DNA from: an uncultured Chitinophagales bacterium
GTDB taxonomy: Bacteria > Bacteroidota > Rhodothermia > Balneolales > DATFMH01
NCBI GenBank assembly: GCA_964572735.1
Contig: CAZNHE010000011.1
Span: forward strand, 1 to 57,636
Direction of reading: 5' to 3'
Length of the DNA: 57,636 bases
The notes under the pieces were generated by a model that was given only the letters and a program-made list of their open reading frames with translations, was not told the DNA's origin and made no database searches. The position numbers and the translations under genes are program-made. Each line of letters opens with the position of its first letter. The first letter of the stretch is position 1. Of the stretch, positions 28,503 through 39,481 are shown piece by piece.

Positions 28503-28784
28503 ATGAACAGGCCTCTTTTAAAGAGCGAACGCAAGATTCTGGGATTGTTAATTTTCATGGAACCCTATGATTCGCTGCTATCCGACTCCGAACTTCAGCC
28601 CGGAGAACTTCGCGACGACTTAATCAACCTGATCGACGCACGACTCATTCAGGTGTTCGAATCCAAAACAAAGACGATTCCCGTGCCTATTTCGTTCTGC
28701 GATACAGATCATCTCGAAGAATTTTCCTTCCGCGTGACCCAGGACGGCCTCAATGCCATAAAGCTGCAGGAAAAGGAATCATGA
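28503..28784 (+). CDS. Hypothetical protein, possibly winged-helix-like
   Basis: 93 aa ORF 29 nt after the previous gene with ggagag RBS; ends FRVTQDG. Confidence 0.55.
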   Translation: MNRPLLKSERKILGLLIFMEPYDSLLSDSELQPGELRDDLINLIDARLIQVFESKTKTIPVPISFCDTDHLEEFSFRVTQDGLNAIKLQEKES

Positions 28785-29196
28785 CTTCTGAAGAGAGACA
28801 GGTTCTTTCATGTACAAAAAATATATCTGAAATAGCTTAAGTTACTTTTATGCAATAAATTATATTGTGTGATATATGAAATCATAGAATACGGATGGGG
28901 GCTTTTCGCTCCTTTTCGACATCCCGGGCAGATATCAGATATAAAAGAAGGAACAGGTGTCATTATGACCTGCCGGCCGGCGGCTTCTTCCGGTCGGCCT
29001 GCGTGATATAATTACAGCCGTTTTTTCCTGAGGGATGAAGTATCCGTATGACTACGGGTTTTTCTACAAAGCTCACAGAGGCCGGGAAGCGTATTTCAAA
29101 AAAATGATGCGGAAGTTACATCGCATGGCAAAACACAATATCTTTCCCGGATATTACAGGATGGCAACAGCAGAATAATCATCGAAATTCATACGG

Positions 29197-30477
29197 GTGG
29201 ATAAATTTATCATTAACGGCATAACGCCCCTGCAGGGAACCATTCCGGTCAGTGGATCGAAGAATGGCGCGTTGCCTCTTATGGCGGCCTCCCTGCTGGC
29301 GAGCGGACCTACAACGATCACCAATGTACCGCGCCTGCGCGACATTTATACGTTCAACAACGTTCTGCGTGTAACGGGCGCACGGGTTGATTTCGACGAC
29401 CGGAAGAACCAGCTGACGATTGATCCGGCTCATGTCACACACCTGGAGGCTCCTTACGATCTGGTTCGCAAGATGAGAGCCTCCTTTTATATGCTGGGGG
29501 CTTTGCTGGGCCGTTTCGGCCGGGCGAAGGTCTCTATGCCCGGAGGCTGTGCATGGGGACCCCGCCCGGTCAATCTTCACCTGGAGGGATTGCGCCGGCT
29601 CGGTGCCCGGCTTGATCTCGAGGGTGGATACGTGGTAGCCAAAGCTCCGCCTGAAGGATTGCAAGGTGCCCGCTTTCACATGAGTCCGGCCAGCGTGGGA
29701 GCAACCGTCAACATTCTGATGGCCGCTGTGCTTGCACGCGGAACCACGGTCATAGATAATGCCGCTATGGAACCCGATGTGGTCGACTTGTGCGAAGCCC
29801 TGAACGCCATGGGTGCCAGGATCACCGGGACCGGGACATCAACACTGACCGTAGAGGGAGTAGACGAACTCACGGGCCTGGAACTCCAAAATTCGCCCGA
29901 TCGTATTGAAACGGGCACCTTTATGATTGCTGCCGCCATGCATCCCAGGTCGGAAGTCACTCTCAGAAACGTGCGTTCATCCCAGCTTGGAACTTTTCCG
30001 GACGAATTTCGCAAGACCGGTGCAGAACTGGTTGTCAACGATAACGAAATACATATTAAAGCACCGGACGAGATACAGCCGGTATCGATTAAAACACAGG
30101 TTTACCCGGGCTTTCCCACCGACCTGCAGGCGCAATGGGCCACGCTGATGACCCAGGCTAAGGGCACCTCGGTCGTGACCGATGCCATTTATACCGATCG
30201 GTTTAGTTACGTCCCCGAACTGATGCGAATGGGCGCTCAAATGGAAGTAGATGATAACCGCGTGCTGATTCAGGGATCAACCCGGCTCAGGGGCGCCTCT
30301 GTGATGAGCACCGACCTGAGGGCAAGCGTCAGCCTGGTTATGGCGGCCATGGCTGCCGAAGGTTCCAGCGAAGTACTCAGGGTCTACCACCTCGACCGGG
30401 GCTATGAATCCCTGGAAAACAAGCTGAACAACGCAGGAGCGCAAATTAAACGCGCCGGTACAGACGAAATGTATTAA
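29197..30477 (+). CDS. murA: UDP-N-acetylglucosamine 1-carboxyvinyltransferase
   Basis: SGSKNG, KMRAS, PGGCAWGPRPVNLH (active-site Cys), PDRIE, YPGFPTDLQAQ, TDLRA, HLDRGY. Confidence 0.97.
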   Translation: MDKFIINGITPLQGTIPVSGSKNGALPLMAASLLASGPTTITNVPRLRDIYTFNNVLRVTGARVDFDDRKNQLTIDPAHVTHLEAPYDLVRKMRASFYMLGALLGRFGRAKVSMPGGCAWGPRPVNLHLEGLRRLGARLDLEGGYVVAKAPPEGLQGARFHMSPASVGATVNILMAAVLARGTTVIDNAAMEPDVVDLCEALNAMGARITGTGTSTLTVEGVDELTGLELQNSPDRIETGTFMIAAAMHPRSEVTLRNVRSSQLGTFPDEFRKTGAELVVNDNEIHIKAPDEIQPVSIKTQVYPGFPTDLQAQWATLMTQAKGTSVVTDAIYTDRFSYVPELMRMGAQMEVDDNRVLIQGSTRLRGASVMSTDLRASVSLVMAAMAAEGSSEVLRVYHLDRGYESLENKLNNAGAQIKRAGTDEMY

Positions 30478-30489
30478 GTTCTCGTTACA

Positions 30490-30519
30490 TTGACAGTAAG
30501 GCACGACTTACACTATATT
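30490..30519 (+). promoter_or_regulatory. Putative sigma70-type promoter upstream of rne
   Basis: TTGACA 30490-30495, 18 nt spacer, TATATT 30514-30519. Confidence 0.4.
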
Positions 30520-30884
30520 ACAAGCATAAACCTGTAGTGTGATTCGATTGCCTTATTCGAATTTATGCCCTGTTACTCTTGGGGTTTTACCGACGTAATA
30601 ATGGTTTTTATACGGATTACGGATTGAATGACCGAACGGCTCAAGTTATTTTGAAGATCGAATCGGTACAGGAGAAAGAAATTTTATGAGGCCGCGTGCA
30701 GATCAATCCTATTGCGAGGTTAACTAGAACGAAAATGACCACGCAGCCACGATTTTATCACTGTTTTACACATTTATGAGAAATTTCCTGGGAATACTTA
30801 TGACCGGCCTTTCAGACATTTCGGGTACATTAGCTTGTCCAGCGGTAAAATCGTGCGACTGCTCTTACAGAAGCACTTATATTC

Positions 30885-33110
30885 ATGAACAACAATCAGA
30901 TTATTATTCATGCCGCTGGAAAACAAACCCGCATAGCTCTCATTGAAAATGGAGAATTAGCCCAGTTCTTTATTGAATCTCCGGAAAATCAGCGAACGGT
31001 TGGCGACATTTACCTGGCCGGAGTACATAAGGTAATGAGCGGCATCCGGGCCGCATTCATCGATCTGGGTACGCCTAAAGATGCGTTCCTTCATTTTTCC
31101 GACGTTGGAGATCATCTTGAGGAATATGTTCGTACGCTCAATGGGGATGACGCGGTTTCCCCGGATATTGACAAGGAAGAAGGAAAGGATGAAAAATCCA
31201 GGAATCTATCCATAGGTCTGGAGAAACAAATGCGCGCGGGGCGCATCCTGCAACCGGGTCAGAAGCTGCTGGTTCAGATCATAAAAGAGCCGATCGGATC
31301 GAAAGGACCGCGTGTCTCAACCGACATCACACTGGCAGGACGCTTTTTGGTCCTGGTGCCTATGGGCGATTATGTCGGGGTTTCCAAACGTATTCGCTCC
31401 TATAAAGAGCGCCGGCGCCTTCGCAATGTCGTGGCGGAAAATCTTCCGGAAGGTTTTGGCGTCATTGTCCGTACAGTAGCCGGTGGTCAGCCTGACGAGC
31501 TGGTCAAAAACGATCTCAGGGACCTGCTCAAAAAATGGGACTCGGTGCTGGAAAAACTGAAAACGGCCAAACCCACTGCCCTGCTCTACCGCGACCTCGA
31601 TATGACCGAAAGCCTGATCAGGGATTTGTTTGCCAAGGATTACAACCGTGTCCTTATCGACGACGCAGCGATGTACAAAACCATCAAATCGTATGTCGCA
31701 CGGGTTGCTCCCAAACTCCTCCCAAGCATTGAGTTGTACAAAGGCTCCGAGCATGTGTTTGATTACATGAAGATATCGCGCGATGTGGATTCGATCTTCA
31801 GCCCGCGGGTAAAGATCCCCAGCGGAGGATACCTGATCTTCGAACAGACCGAGGCCATGTTCGTCATCGACGTAAATTCCGGGCGTTATGCTGCAAACAA
31901 GCATCAGGAAGACAACTCTCTGAAAACAAACCTGGAAGCGGCCAGGGAAGTGGCCAAACAACTTCGCTTGCGCGATATCGGGGGGATTATCGTGGTCGAT
32001 TTCATCGATCTGAAAGAGGATGCCAATCGTAAGAAGGTCTATGACGAACTAAAGAAAGAATTTCGGAAAGACCGGGCCAAAACCAATATCCTGCAGATGA
32101 GTGACTTCGGCCTGGTTCAGATCACACGCCAGCGGATCCGGCCGAGCGTGGTTAAGTCGGTTTCCCGGATCTGCCCGATGTGCGGAGGCTCTGGAAGCGT
32201 CATCTCACAAAATACCATTCTCTCCGATCTGGAGGCATGGCTTACCAAATTCAGGCATGCCACCCGCTACCGGGCGGTCGACCTCTACATTAACCCGTAC
32301 CTCAAATCCTTTCTCACGCGGGGCATTTTCAGCCAGAGAGTTCGCTGGGTGTTCCGTTACGGCATCAGGATCTCTATGATAGCCGACGAGACGGTCTCGC
32401 TTAACGATTATAAATTCACCCTGAGCAATTCCGACGCCGATATCACAGACGCCGTACTTTCGGAAAAATCGATTGAAGAATTCATCGCATCCCCGGATGC
32501 CAATATTCATACGGTCGGCGGGGAGAAGCGGCGGGATCCGTCCCAGCTCGAAGTCTACAGTCACAAGAAAGGCGAATCCGGGGCGTCCGTACACAAACAT
32601 CCGCATCATGAAAAACCAGAATCATCAAAATCTTCCGGTCGCCATCCGGTAAAACGACTTGCTCCAAAACAAAAAGAAAAAGAGCAGGAGCCGGATACCC
32701 GGGGCGGCAGTCAGGAAAAGTCAAAGGCGGCGAATACGCATCGATCATCTTCTGAAAAAAAGATCTCAAAATATTACAAGGAGCGAAACGGAACCACCTC
32801 CGGACAGGGCAATCAGCCGGGAGAATCCGGGGAACGAACTTCGGCATCGCCGGCCAACGGCGGGCATACACCGAAGGAGGATTTGCCGAAGGCCATAGAG
32901 GTGGCCAAAGCCTATAAAGAGAAAATGGAACGCAAGGCCGATGCGGAGGCTACATCCGAAAACGGGAGTGCAGAAGCCCCTGAAAAAGGAAGTAAAGCGG
33001 GAAACCAAAAGTCAGGCGAGCCGACCGGATTTTACTCCGGGGAAGCTTCGCCGGATCATTCCGGGAAAATAACCCATGCCGGCAGGGCCGATGGGGAAAC
33101 ATCGGAATGA
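30885..33110 (+). CDS. rne: Ribonuclease E/G family endoribonuclease with disordered C-terminal tail
   Basis: S1 domain, KEPIGSKGPR, VIDVNSG, LRDIGGIIVVDFID, Zn-link CPMC; ~200 aa charged low-complexity tail. Confidence 0.93.
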   Translation: MNNNQIIIHAAGKQTRIALIENGELAQFFIESPENQRTVGDIYLAGVHKVMSGIRAAFIDLGTPKDAFLHFSDVGDHLEEYVRTLNGDDAVSPDIDKEEGKDEKSRNLSIGLEKQMRAGRILQPGQKLLVQIIKEPIGSKGPRVSTDITLAGRFLVLVPMGDYVGVSKRIRSYKERRRLRNVVAENLPEGFGVIVRTVAGGQPDELVKNDLRDLLKKWDSVLEKLKTAKPTALLYRDLDMTESLIRDLFAKDYNRVLIDDAAMYKTIKSYVARVAPKLLPSIELYKGSEHVFDYMKISRDVDSIFSPRVKIPSGGYLIFEQTEAMFVIDVNSGRYAANKHQEDNSLKTNLEAAREVAKQLRLRDIGGIIVVDFIDLKEDANRKKVYDELKKEFRKDRAKTNILQMSDFGLVQITRQRIRPSVVKSVSRICPMCGGSGSVISQNTILSDLEAWLTKFRHATRYRAVDLYINPYLKSFLTRGIFSQRVRWVFRYGIRISMIADETVSLNDYKFTLSNSDADITDAVLSEKSIEEFIASPDANIHTVGGEKRRDPSQLEVYSHKKGESGASVHKHPHHEKPESSKSSGRHPVKRLAPKQKEKEQEPDTRGGSQEKSKAANTHRSSSEKKISKYYKERNGTTSGQGNQPGESGERTSASPANGGHTPKEDLPKAIEVAKAYKEKMERKADAEATSENGSAEAPEKGSKAGNQKSGEPTGFYSGEASPDHSGKITHAGRADGETSE

Positions 33111-33203
33111 TTCTCCCGTTTAGACGTTTAAAAGTAACATCCGGCGATTTCAGGCAGAGAGAGCAGCGGATATCACCTTTGGATACGGAGTTTAGTACGC
33201 AGT

Positions 33204-33749
33204 ATGGCATTTAATCTTGAAGCGACCACGGTAATGGGAGTCCTGCATAACGGAACGGCTGTAATCGGCGGAGACGGGCAGGCAACCATGGATAAAACCG
33301 TGATGAAGGCGAGCGTCAAAAAAGTGAGAAAGATTTACGGCGGGAAGATCCTGGCCGGTTTTGCAGGATCGACGGCCGATGCCTTTACTCTCTTTGAACG
33401 GTTTGAAGAAAAATTAAATCAATATAACGGGAATCTGCAGCGATCGGCTGTTGAAATGGCCAAAGACTGGCGCGGCGACCGATACCTGCGCAAACTTGAG
33501 GCTCTGTTGGTCGTAATGAACAAAAATGAGGCTTTGCTCATATCCGGTCAGGGAGACGTGATTGAGCCTGATGACAACCTCATTGCGATCGGAAGCGGCG
33601 GTTCTTACGCCCTGGCAGCCGGACGCGCCCTCAAGAAGCACGCGCCTGATCTGTCTGCCCGCGAACTGGTTGAAGAGTCCCTGCATATCGCCGCGGACAT
33701 TTGCATTTATACCAATCATAATCTGACGATTCTGGAAATAGATGAATAA
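33204..33749 (+). CDS. hslV: ATP-dependent protease peptidase subunit
   Basis: Short propeptide then [35 protein letters not shown]. Confidence 0.97.
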   Translation: MAFNLEATTVMGVLHNGTAVIGGDGQATMDKTVMKASVKKVRKIYGGKILAGFAGSTADAFTLFERFEEKLNQYNGNLQRSAVEMAKDWRGDRYLRKLEALLVVMNKNEALLISGQGDVIEPDDNLIAIGSGGSYALAAGRALKKHAPDLSARELVEESLHIAADICIYTNHNLTILEIDE

Positions 33750-35190
33750 ATCGGAACAACTGGCACGTTCACTCACACCCCGGCAGATTGTTGAAGAGCT
33801 TGACCGATACATTATCGGGCAGGATTCGGCAAAGAAAGCGGTAGGTATTGCTCTACGCAACCGCTGGCGGCGCATGCAGGCCCCCGAGGATATCCGCGAT
33901 GAGATTCTGCCCAACAACATCATTCTTATTGGTCCGACCGGGGTCGGCAAGACCGAAATCGCCCGCCGGCTGGCCAAACTCGCCAAGGCGCCCTTCATCA
34001 AGGTCGAAGCCTCCAAATACACCGAGGTCGGTTATGTGGGACGCGACGTGGAGTCGATGATCCGTGATCTGACCGATATCGCCATTACCATGGTGAAGTC
34101 GGAGATGCAGGAACGGGTGATGAAAAAAGCACGTGAGAATGTCGAAGAACGCATCCTCGACCTGCTGATTCCCCCTGTTAAAAAGCCGGCGGAAATCCGC
34201 AGCGAAAATCATAATACCCGCGACACAGACGAGCACGGCCATCAAATCGGCTTTGACTCCTCAGACGTCCGGGATGTCTCCGATTATGAGCTTAATCAAC
34301 GTACCCGTAAAAAGTTCCGCGAAAAATTGCAGCGGGGCGATCTGGACGACCGGATGATAGAAATCGACGTGGCGACCCGAAAACCTGCCAGCATGCAGAT
34401 TTTCGGTCCGGCAGGGATGGAAGAAATGGGCATTAACCTGCAAGATCTGCTTGGAAACCTTTCCCCCCAGAAATCCAAAAAGAAGCAGGTTAAAATTAAA
34501 GATGCACGGGAAATCCTGGTCAATGAAGAAGCCGAGAAACTGATCGATCATGACGCTGCGGTCAATGAAGCGCTGGAGCGTGTTCAGACCTCCGGCATTG
34601 TATTTATTGATGAGATCGATAAAGTAGCTGCAGGAACTACCGGAGACGGCCGGGGCGGCGGGCCCGACGTGAGCCGGCAGGGAGTCCAGCGGGACCTGCT
34701 GCCTATCGTGGAAGGCAGTAACGTAATGACCAAGCACGGCATGGTAAAAACGGATCATATCCTTTTTGTAGCCTCCGGGGCCTTCCATGTGTCTAAACCA
34801 TCGGACCTGATTCCTGAACTCCAGGGGCGGTTTCCTATCCGCGTGGAAATGGACAGCCTGACGGAAGATGACTTTTACAAGATACTGACCATTCCTAAAA
34901 ATGCCCTGACAAAGCAATATGTGGCTATGCTCGCTTCAGAGGGCATCACTCTGGAATTTAATGACGACGCAATTAAGGAAATCGCCCGGCTGGCTGCTGA
35001 GGTTAATGCTTCCGTGGAAAATATCGGTGCCCGGCGGTTGCAAACCATCCTCTCGAGTGTACTCGAAGAGATTCTCTACGCCGTGCCCGACGACATTAGC
35101 AGCGGAACGTTATCCGTTGATAAAGACTATGTAGATAAACAATTAAAAGACATCGTACAAAACCGGGATTTAAGTCAATATATTCTGTAA
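33742..35190 (+). CDS. hslU: ATP-dependent protease ATPase subunit
   Basis: [41 protein letters not shown]. Confidence 0.97.
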   Translation: MNKSEQLARSLTPRQIVEELDRYIIGQDSAKKAVGIALRNRWRRMQAPEDIRDEILPNNIILIGPTGVGKTEIARRLAKLAKAPFIKVEASKYTEVGYVGRDVESMIRDLTDIAITMVKSEMQERVMKKARENVEERILDLLIPPVKKPAEIRSENHNTRDTDEHGHQIGFDSSDVRDVSDYELNQRTRKKFREKLQRGDLDDRMIEIDVATRKPASMQIFGPAGMEEMGINLQDLLGNLSPQKSKKKQVKIKDAREILVNEEAEKLIDHDAAVNEALERVQTSGIVFIDEIDKVAAGTTGDGRGGGPDVSRQGVQRDLLPIVEGSNVMTKHGMVKTDHILFVASGAFHVSKPSDLIPELQGRFPIRVEMDSLTEDDFYKILTIPKNALTKQYVAMLASEGITLEFNDDAIKEIARLAAEVNASVENIGARRLQTILSSVLEEILYAVPDDISSGTLSVDKDYVDKQLKDIVQNRDLSQYIL

Positions 35191-35358
35191 ATTATTCTGT
35201 TAGGAAATAGTCAAAAATACTTTGCTGTCATCTGAACAACCACTTCTCGGGAGCTTTGATTCTGACACAAATCGACACTTTTCAGGAAACTTTCGATATC
35301 ATAACGTAATTTACGGATGCACTTGTTTCGGCAGTCTTAGTGAACATTATTCAAACTT

Positions 35359-37278
35359 ATGTCTATAAAGAAATTTTTCGCGCCAGGCCTTGTTACCGCT
35401 GTCATCCTCGTTGCCCTCTGGCTTTCAGGCGTAGATCCGGTTACGATCAAGAAGAATGACGACCGTACCAATATCCAGAAGTACATCCAGGTTGAAAAGC
35501 GGATTCTGGATAATTATGTGGATCCGGTAAATGTAAAAACGCTTTATGAGAACAGCATCCGCGATATGGTGGCACACATCTCGGACAGTACAGTCAAAAT
35601 ACAGGGTACCCCGCTGGATACGACTTTTGCCGGAGAGGATGTGCATGACCTGAGGTCATCGGTGCTGAACTTTGAAAAGGCCTACGTCTACCTGTCGAAC
35701 AATTATCCTGATGAGAATATGAACAAACTGACCGCGGATGCCATCCGTGGGATGTTTCACAACCTGGATCCTCATTCCATCTATATTACGCCTGAGGATA
35801 ATAAACGTGTAAGAGAGGAATTCAACGGAAAATTCTCGGGAATCGGCATCCAGTTTGATGTGATCAACGATACCATCACGGTCATCACTCCTTTATCGGG
35901 CGGTCCGAGCGCCTCGCTGGGTATCTTATCCGGAGACCGCATCGTAACGATCAACGACAGCAGTGCGATCGGGTTTTCCACCGAGCAGGTTGTAAATACG
36001 CTGCGCGGTCCCAAGGGATCGGTAGTAAAAGTGGGCATCGTACGCCCGCATATCAATCATATTCTGCATTTCAAAATCACCCGTGACGACATCCCGCTCA
36101 CTACCATCGATGCGGCTTATATGCTGGATGACAAAACGGGATATATCAAAATAAACCGGTTTGCACGAACAACCCATGCAGAATTTGCCGCGGCACTGGC
36201 GAAGCTTCAGGGCGAAGGTATGACCCGCCTGGTGCTGGATCTGCGGGGAAATCCGGGCGGTTTCCTCGACCAGGCTATCGAAGTCGCCAACGAATTTTTC
36301 CCGCGTGGGGTAAAGTTACTCTCGACCAAAAGCCGCCATCCCCGTTATAACCAGGTGTTTAAATCCACAACTGAGGGTTCTTTTGAGCATGGAATGCTCA
36401 TGGTACTCATCAACAAAGGCTCAGCCAGTGCCAGTGAAATTGTAACCGGAGCCATCCAGGATCACGACCGGGGCCTTGTGGTGGGTCAGCGTTCCTTTGG
36501 AAAGGGACTGGTTCAGCAGCAATATGAACTCGTCGACGGTAGTGCCATACGGGTCACTATTTCGAGATACTATACTCCCTCAGGGCGCGAAATACAAAAA
36601 CCGTATAATAAAGGCCGGGAAGCTTATGCATACGAGCTTTATAACCGAAGCAACAACGCCCGGACCGATGTTGAGCAATTCATCGATCATGTTCCTGATT
36701 CTTTGAAATACAAAACCGATGCCGGACGGACGGTTTACGGAGGCGGTGGAATCGTGCCCGACCATATCGTCCAGGAAGATACAACCACCAGTTATATCTT
36801 GGCTTTCATGCAACACAAGCAGTTGGATGTGGAATACGTATTGCATTATCTGGAAAACAAAGGGAAACAGCTGCAGAAAAAATACCCCGACTTCAAATCG
36901 TTCCGTAAGAACTTCCACTTTTCGAATGAGGATGTGGAACAATTCCACAATCTTCTCAGGAAGAATGGTCTGGTCGAAAACGATTCGGTGAAGGTACCAG
37001 CCTATCGCAGAGATACATTATATGTGAAGCCGGGTATCTTCAAAAAAGAATTATGGATATGCAAGGGCTTTATGAAAGCGGAAATGGCGCGTCAGGTGTG
37101 GGGACGTTCCTATTACTACCCTGTCTATAACGATGTCTTCAATGTTACTCTGAAAAAAGCCATGACTCTGTGGCCCGAGGTTAAGCACCTGGAGGCTTAT
37201 GCCGCCCTCCACACTCCGACAAAGAAAGAAGCCTCTGCCACCAACACAGCAGCACAGCCGGTTATCGACAGTAACTAA
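35359..37278 (+). CDS. Carboxyl-terminal processing protease (S41A, PDZ)
   Basis: LDPHS, GIGI PDZ loop, DLRGNPGG, SASASEI, SFGKG. Confidence 0.93.
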   Translation: MSIKKFFAPGLVTAVILVALWLSGVDPVTIKKNDDRTNIQKYIQVEKRILDNYVDPVNVKTLYENSIRDMVAHISDSTVKIQGTPLDTTFAGEDVHDLRSSVLNFEKAYVYLSNNYPDENMNKLTADAIRGMFHNLDPHSIYITPEDNKRVREEFNGKFSGIGIQFDVINDTITVITPLSGGPSASLGILSGDRIVTINDSSAIGFSTEQVVNTLRGPKGSVVKVGIVRPHINHILHFKITRDDIPLTTIDAAYMLDDKTGYIKINRFARTTHAEFAAALAKLQGEGMTRLVLDLRGNPGGFLDQAIEVANEFFPRGVKLLSTKSRHPRYNQVFKSTTEGSFEHGMLMVLINKGSASASEIVTGAIQDHDRGLVVGQRSFGKGLVQQQYELVDGSAIRVTISRYYTPSGREIQKPYNKGREAYAYELYNRSNNARTDVEQFIDHVPDSLKYKTDAGRTVYGGGGIVPDHIVQEDTTTSYILAFMQHKQLDVEYVLHYLENKGKQLQKKYPDFKSFRKNFHFSNEDVEQFHNLLRKNGLVENDSVKVPAYRRDTLYVKPGIFKKELWICKGFMKAEMARQVWGRSYYYPVYNDVFNVTLKKAMTLWPEVKHLEAYAALHTPTKKEASATNTAAQPVIDSN

Positions 37279-37397
37279 GACAACGCGGGGAATTGGATCC
37301 GGAGGAGCGCGGATATATTCCTCCTTGATTCAGGTAACTCTTTAACCCCTGAGGTAAGCCCCATGAGTGGGAGATGCGCAAGGTTCCACGGCTCATT

Positions 37398-38042
37398 TCA
37401 TTCAACCGGGCGGACATCCAGGCCGGCGGCAAGCATCTCGTTATGGTATCCGATCCACCCGTGAACGCTGACGATCAGGGCAATGCAAAAGCTGATCTCC
37501 CAAATCCACCCGTTCCCCTGAAAGATATCGGATGAAAACCAATATGTCAGATAGGAGACTGCAAAGAGGCACAGTCCGACGAGTGTCAGATAATTCTGCT
37601 CTCCTTTATGCCGGTTAATAGCTACAAGTAAAATGGCTGCAACCAGCCCCCCTCCTTCGTAGATGCCCATCAGCCACTCTTTCAGCACCAGGGTACGATC
37701 TATAAAAGGCCAGAAAACCAAAAGAAGCAATGGGAGAAAGATGAACATCCTTGGGAAGCGCGCATATTCAGGCTTGGAGTAGTGAGTATATTCCATCAGG
37801 CCGATCAGCAGGATGGTTATGGTAATGATGCGCCCCCAGCCGATCATCATTTCCAGAGAGTGTGACACGCCGATGTACCCGCTCACATAATAAAGAAGCA
37901 GCGTCAGGAATAATGTGAAACCCGAAACCGCCAGAATCCGGATATGCCAGCTAACGGCTTTCCAAAATATCATCCCCATCCGGAGGCAGACATACAATCC
38001 GGAGATGAGCAATAAAAAATCTGCTAATCGTTGATAAGACAT
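37398..38042 (-). CDS. Hypothetical polytopic membrane protein (~7 TM)
   Basis: About seven hydrophobic segments; SKPEYARFP loop; 10 nt downstream of the DinB-like gene. Confidence 0.7.
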   Translation of the reverse strand: MSYQRLADFLLLISGLYVCLRMGMIFWKAVSWHIRILAVSGFTLFLTLLLYYVSGYIGVSHSLEMMIGWGRIITITILLIGLMEYTHYSKPEYARFPRMFIFLPLLLLVFWPFIDRTLVLKEWLMGIYEGGGLVAAILLVAINRHKGEQNYLTLVGLCLFAVSYLTYWFSSDIFQGNGWIWEISFCIALIVSVHGWIGYHNEMLAAGLDVRPVE

Positions 38043-38052
38043 TCTCAGGCAA

Positions 38053-38577
38053 TCAAAACATATTCTTCGACGGCAATTTCCCGCTATTCATCACGACAAC
38101 ATGCTCCGCCATTCCCCGAAGCTGATTCCTTTCATTATCGATCATCGACTGAAGCAAATCAAGCAGCGTGCGACCGTCCTCATCAATTATTTCCGGCCAT
38201 TTATCCTCATCAATGGCATGCAGCGTCTTTAGAAGTGTGGTTCGATGCCGGATTACAGAATTGAGGAATTCATCGATTGAGGTCACCTCTTCCTGTCTGA
38301 ATGTGAAGTCTTCTTCGATATCTCTGCGAGAAACGGGCTTCCTGTCGGCTGCCTGTCCGAAAAGAGGCCTGTAAACATTCTGCTGATGATGATCAATCAG
38401 GGCGATCATCTCAAGGATCGAATAGCCGTCCAGGGGCTTCTCTCGGTACGGGACTGATTCGATAACAGATTTGAGCGCCTCCAGTTCATCCTTCAGATAA
38501 GAAGCATCGCCGAGCAGGTATTGCAGCCGGATCTCCCCATCGATTTCGTTCATCACGTTATCCGGTTTATTATGCAT
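38053..38577 (-). CDS. Hypothetical DinB/YfiT-like helical protein
   Basis: P..GYSILEMIALID and RTTLLKTL..I.EDKW resemble DinB-fold spacing; His triad not evident. Confidence 0.5.
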   Translation of the reverse strand: MHNKPDNVMNEIDGEIRLQYLLGDASYLKDELEALKSVIESVPYREKPLDGYSILEMIALIDHHQQNVYRPLFGQAADRKPVSRRDIEEDFTFRQEEVTSIDEFLNSVIRHRTTLLKTLHAIDEDKWPEIIDEDGRTLLDLLQSMIDNERNQLRGMAEHVVVMNSGKLPSKNMF

Positions 38578-38615
38578 TTTTTGCCAAACAGGGGATGATC
38601 AGTCTGCGGCCGCGT

Positions 38616-39296
38616 TCAGGCTATGGCTTCCTTCTTTTCGGACTCACGTTTGGCTTCCAGCATTTCAACCAGCGAGAGGCTGGTTTCCCAGTTTTGGTCG
38701 CGATTGCGCACGGAATGGATGTTATTTTCCTCAGGAAAATGCCAAAACTGACCAAATTGCCGGTTTTTATATTCCCGCAGCCAGTCGAGACGATATTTGA
38801 GATCTTCTTTGGGAATCAGCAGTTTCTCCTTATCGTAAATGGCCTCTTCCCTTGATTCAAATACCAGATCAAAATCGTTGCTCATGACGATGGCTTCCTC
38901 CGGACAAACTTCCTCACAAAAGCCACAGTAGATGCACCGCAGCATGTTGATTTCGAAGAACTTCGGATAACGCTCCTTGGGATCGTCCGGATTCTCTGCG
39001 GCCTGCATGCTGATGGCCAGCGGAGGGCAGGCCCGGGCGCACAATCCGCAGGCCACGCATCGCTCCTGCCCGTCGTCCTTAACGAGAACCGGCCGTCCTC
39101 TGAATACCGGAGGCGGATCAAACCGTTCCTCAGGGTATTGCATGGTGAACTTGGGCAGAAATATTTGCTTCAGACTATACCACATCCCTCTGACGATTTC
39201 CGGAACATAAATCTTCTCCCAGAAATTCAGTTTGCTTTCTTTGGCGGCATTTTTATTGAGCGCGTTTAAAACAGGTTCTTCAAGATTCCGGGACAT
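38616..39296 (-). CDS. nuoI: NADH-quinone oxidoreductase subunit I (2x[4Fe-4S])
   Basis: [47 protein letters not shown]. Confidence 0.95.
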   Translation of the reverse strand: MSRNLEEPVLNALNKNAAKESKLNFWEKIYVPEIVRGMWYSLKQIFLPKFTMQYPEERFDPPPVFRGRPVLVKDDGQERCVACGLCARACPPLAISMQAAENPDDPKERYPKFFEINMLRCIYCGFCEEVCPEEAIVMSNDFDLVFESREEAIYDKEKLLIPKEDLKYRLDWLREYKNRQFGQFWHFPEENNIHSVRNRDQNWETSLSLVEMLEAKRESEKKEAIA

Positions 39297-39481
39297 AGGC
39301 TAACGTCTTATCAAATCCAATGTATCCAAGTTAATGCCTCGACATGGCGAAAAAACCGCCATCATCTCAACATGTAAAAATACTCCGAATTCCTTACGAT
39401 ATCAAAAGATATTATGGAGGGAATTGCCGGTGGGAGATGTCAATTTGCCCGCTCACGGCCTCTCGTCCGCAGCTCTCTTCA

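Noticed and set aside
29197-30477. Fosfomycin-resistant MurA variant
   Set aside because: Active-site Cys is retained (GGCAWG); no Cys-to-Asp change
37398-38042. 7-TM protein as a microbial rhodopsin
   Set aside because: No retinal-binding Lys (DxxxK) in the last helix and no helix C RYxDW-type motif
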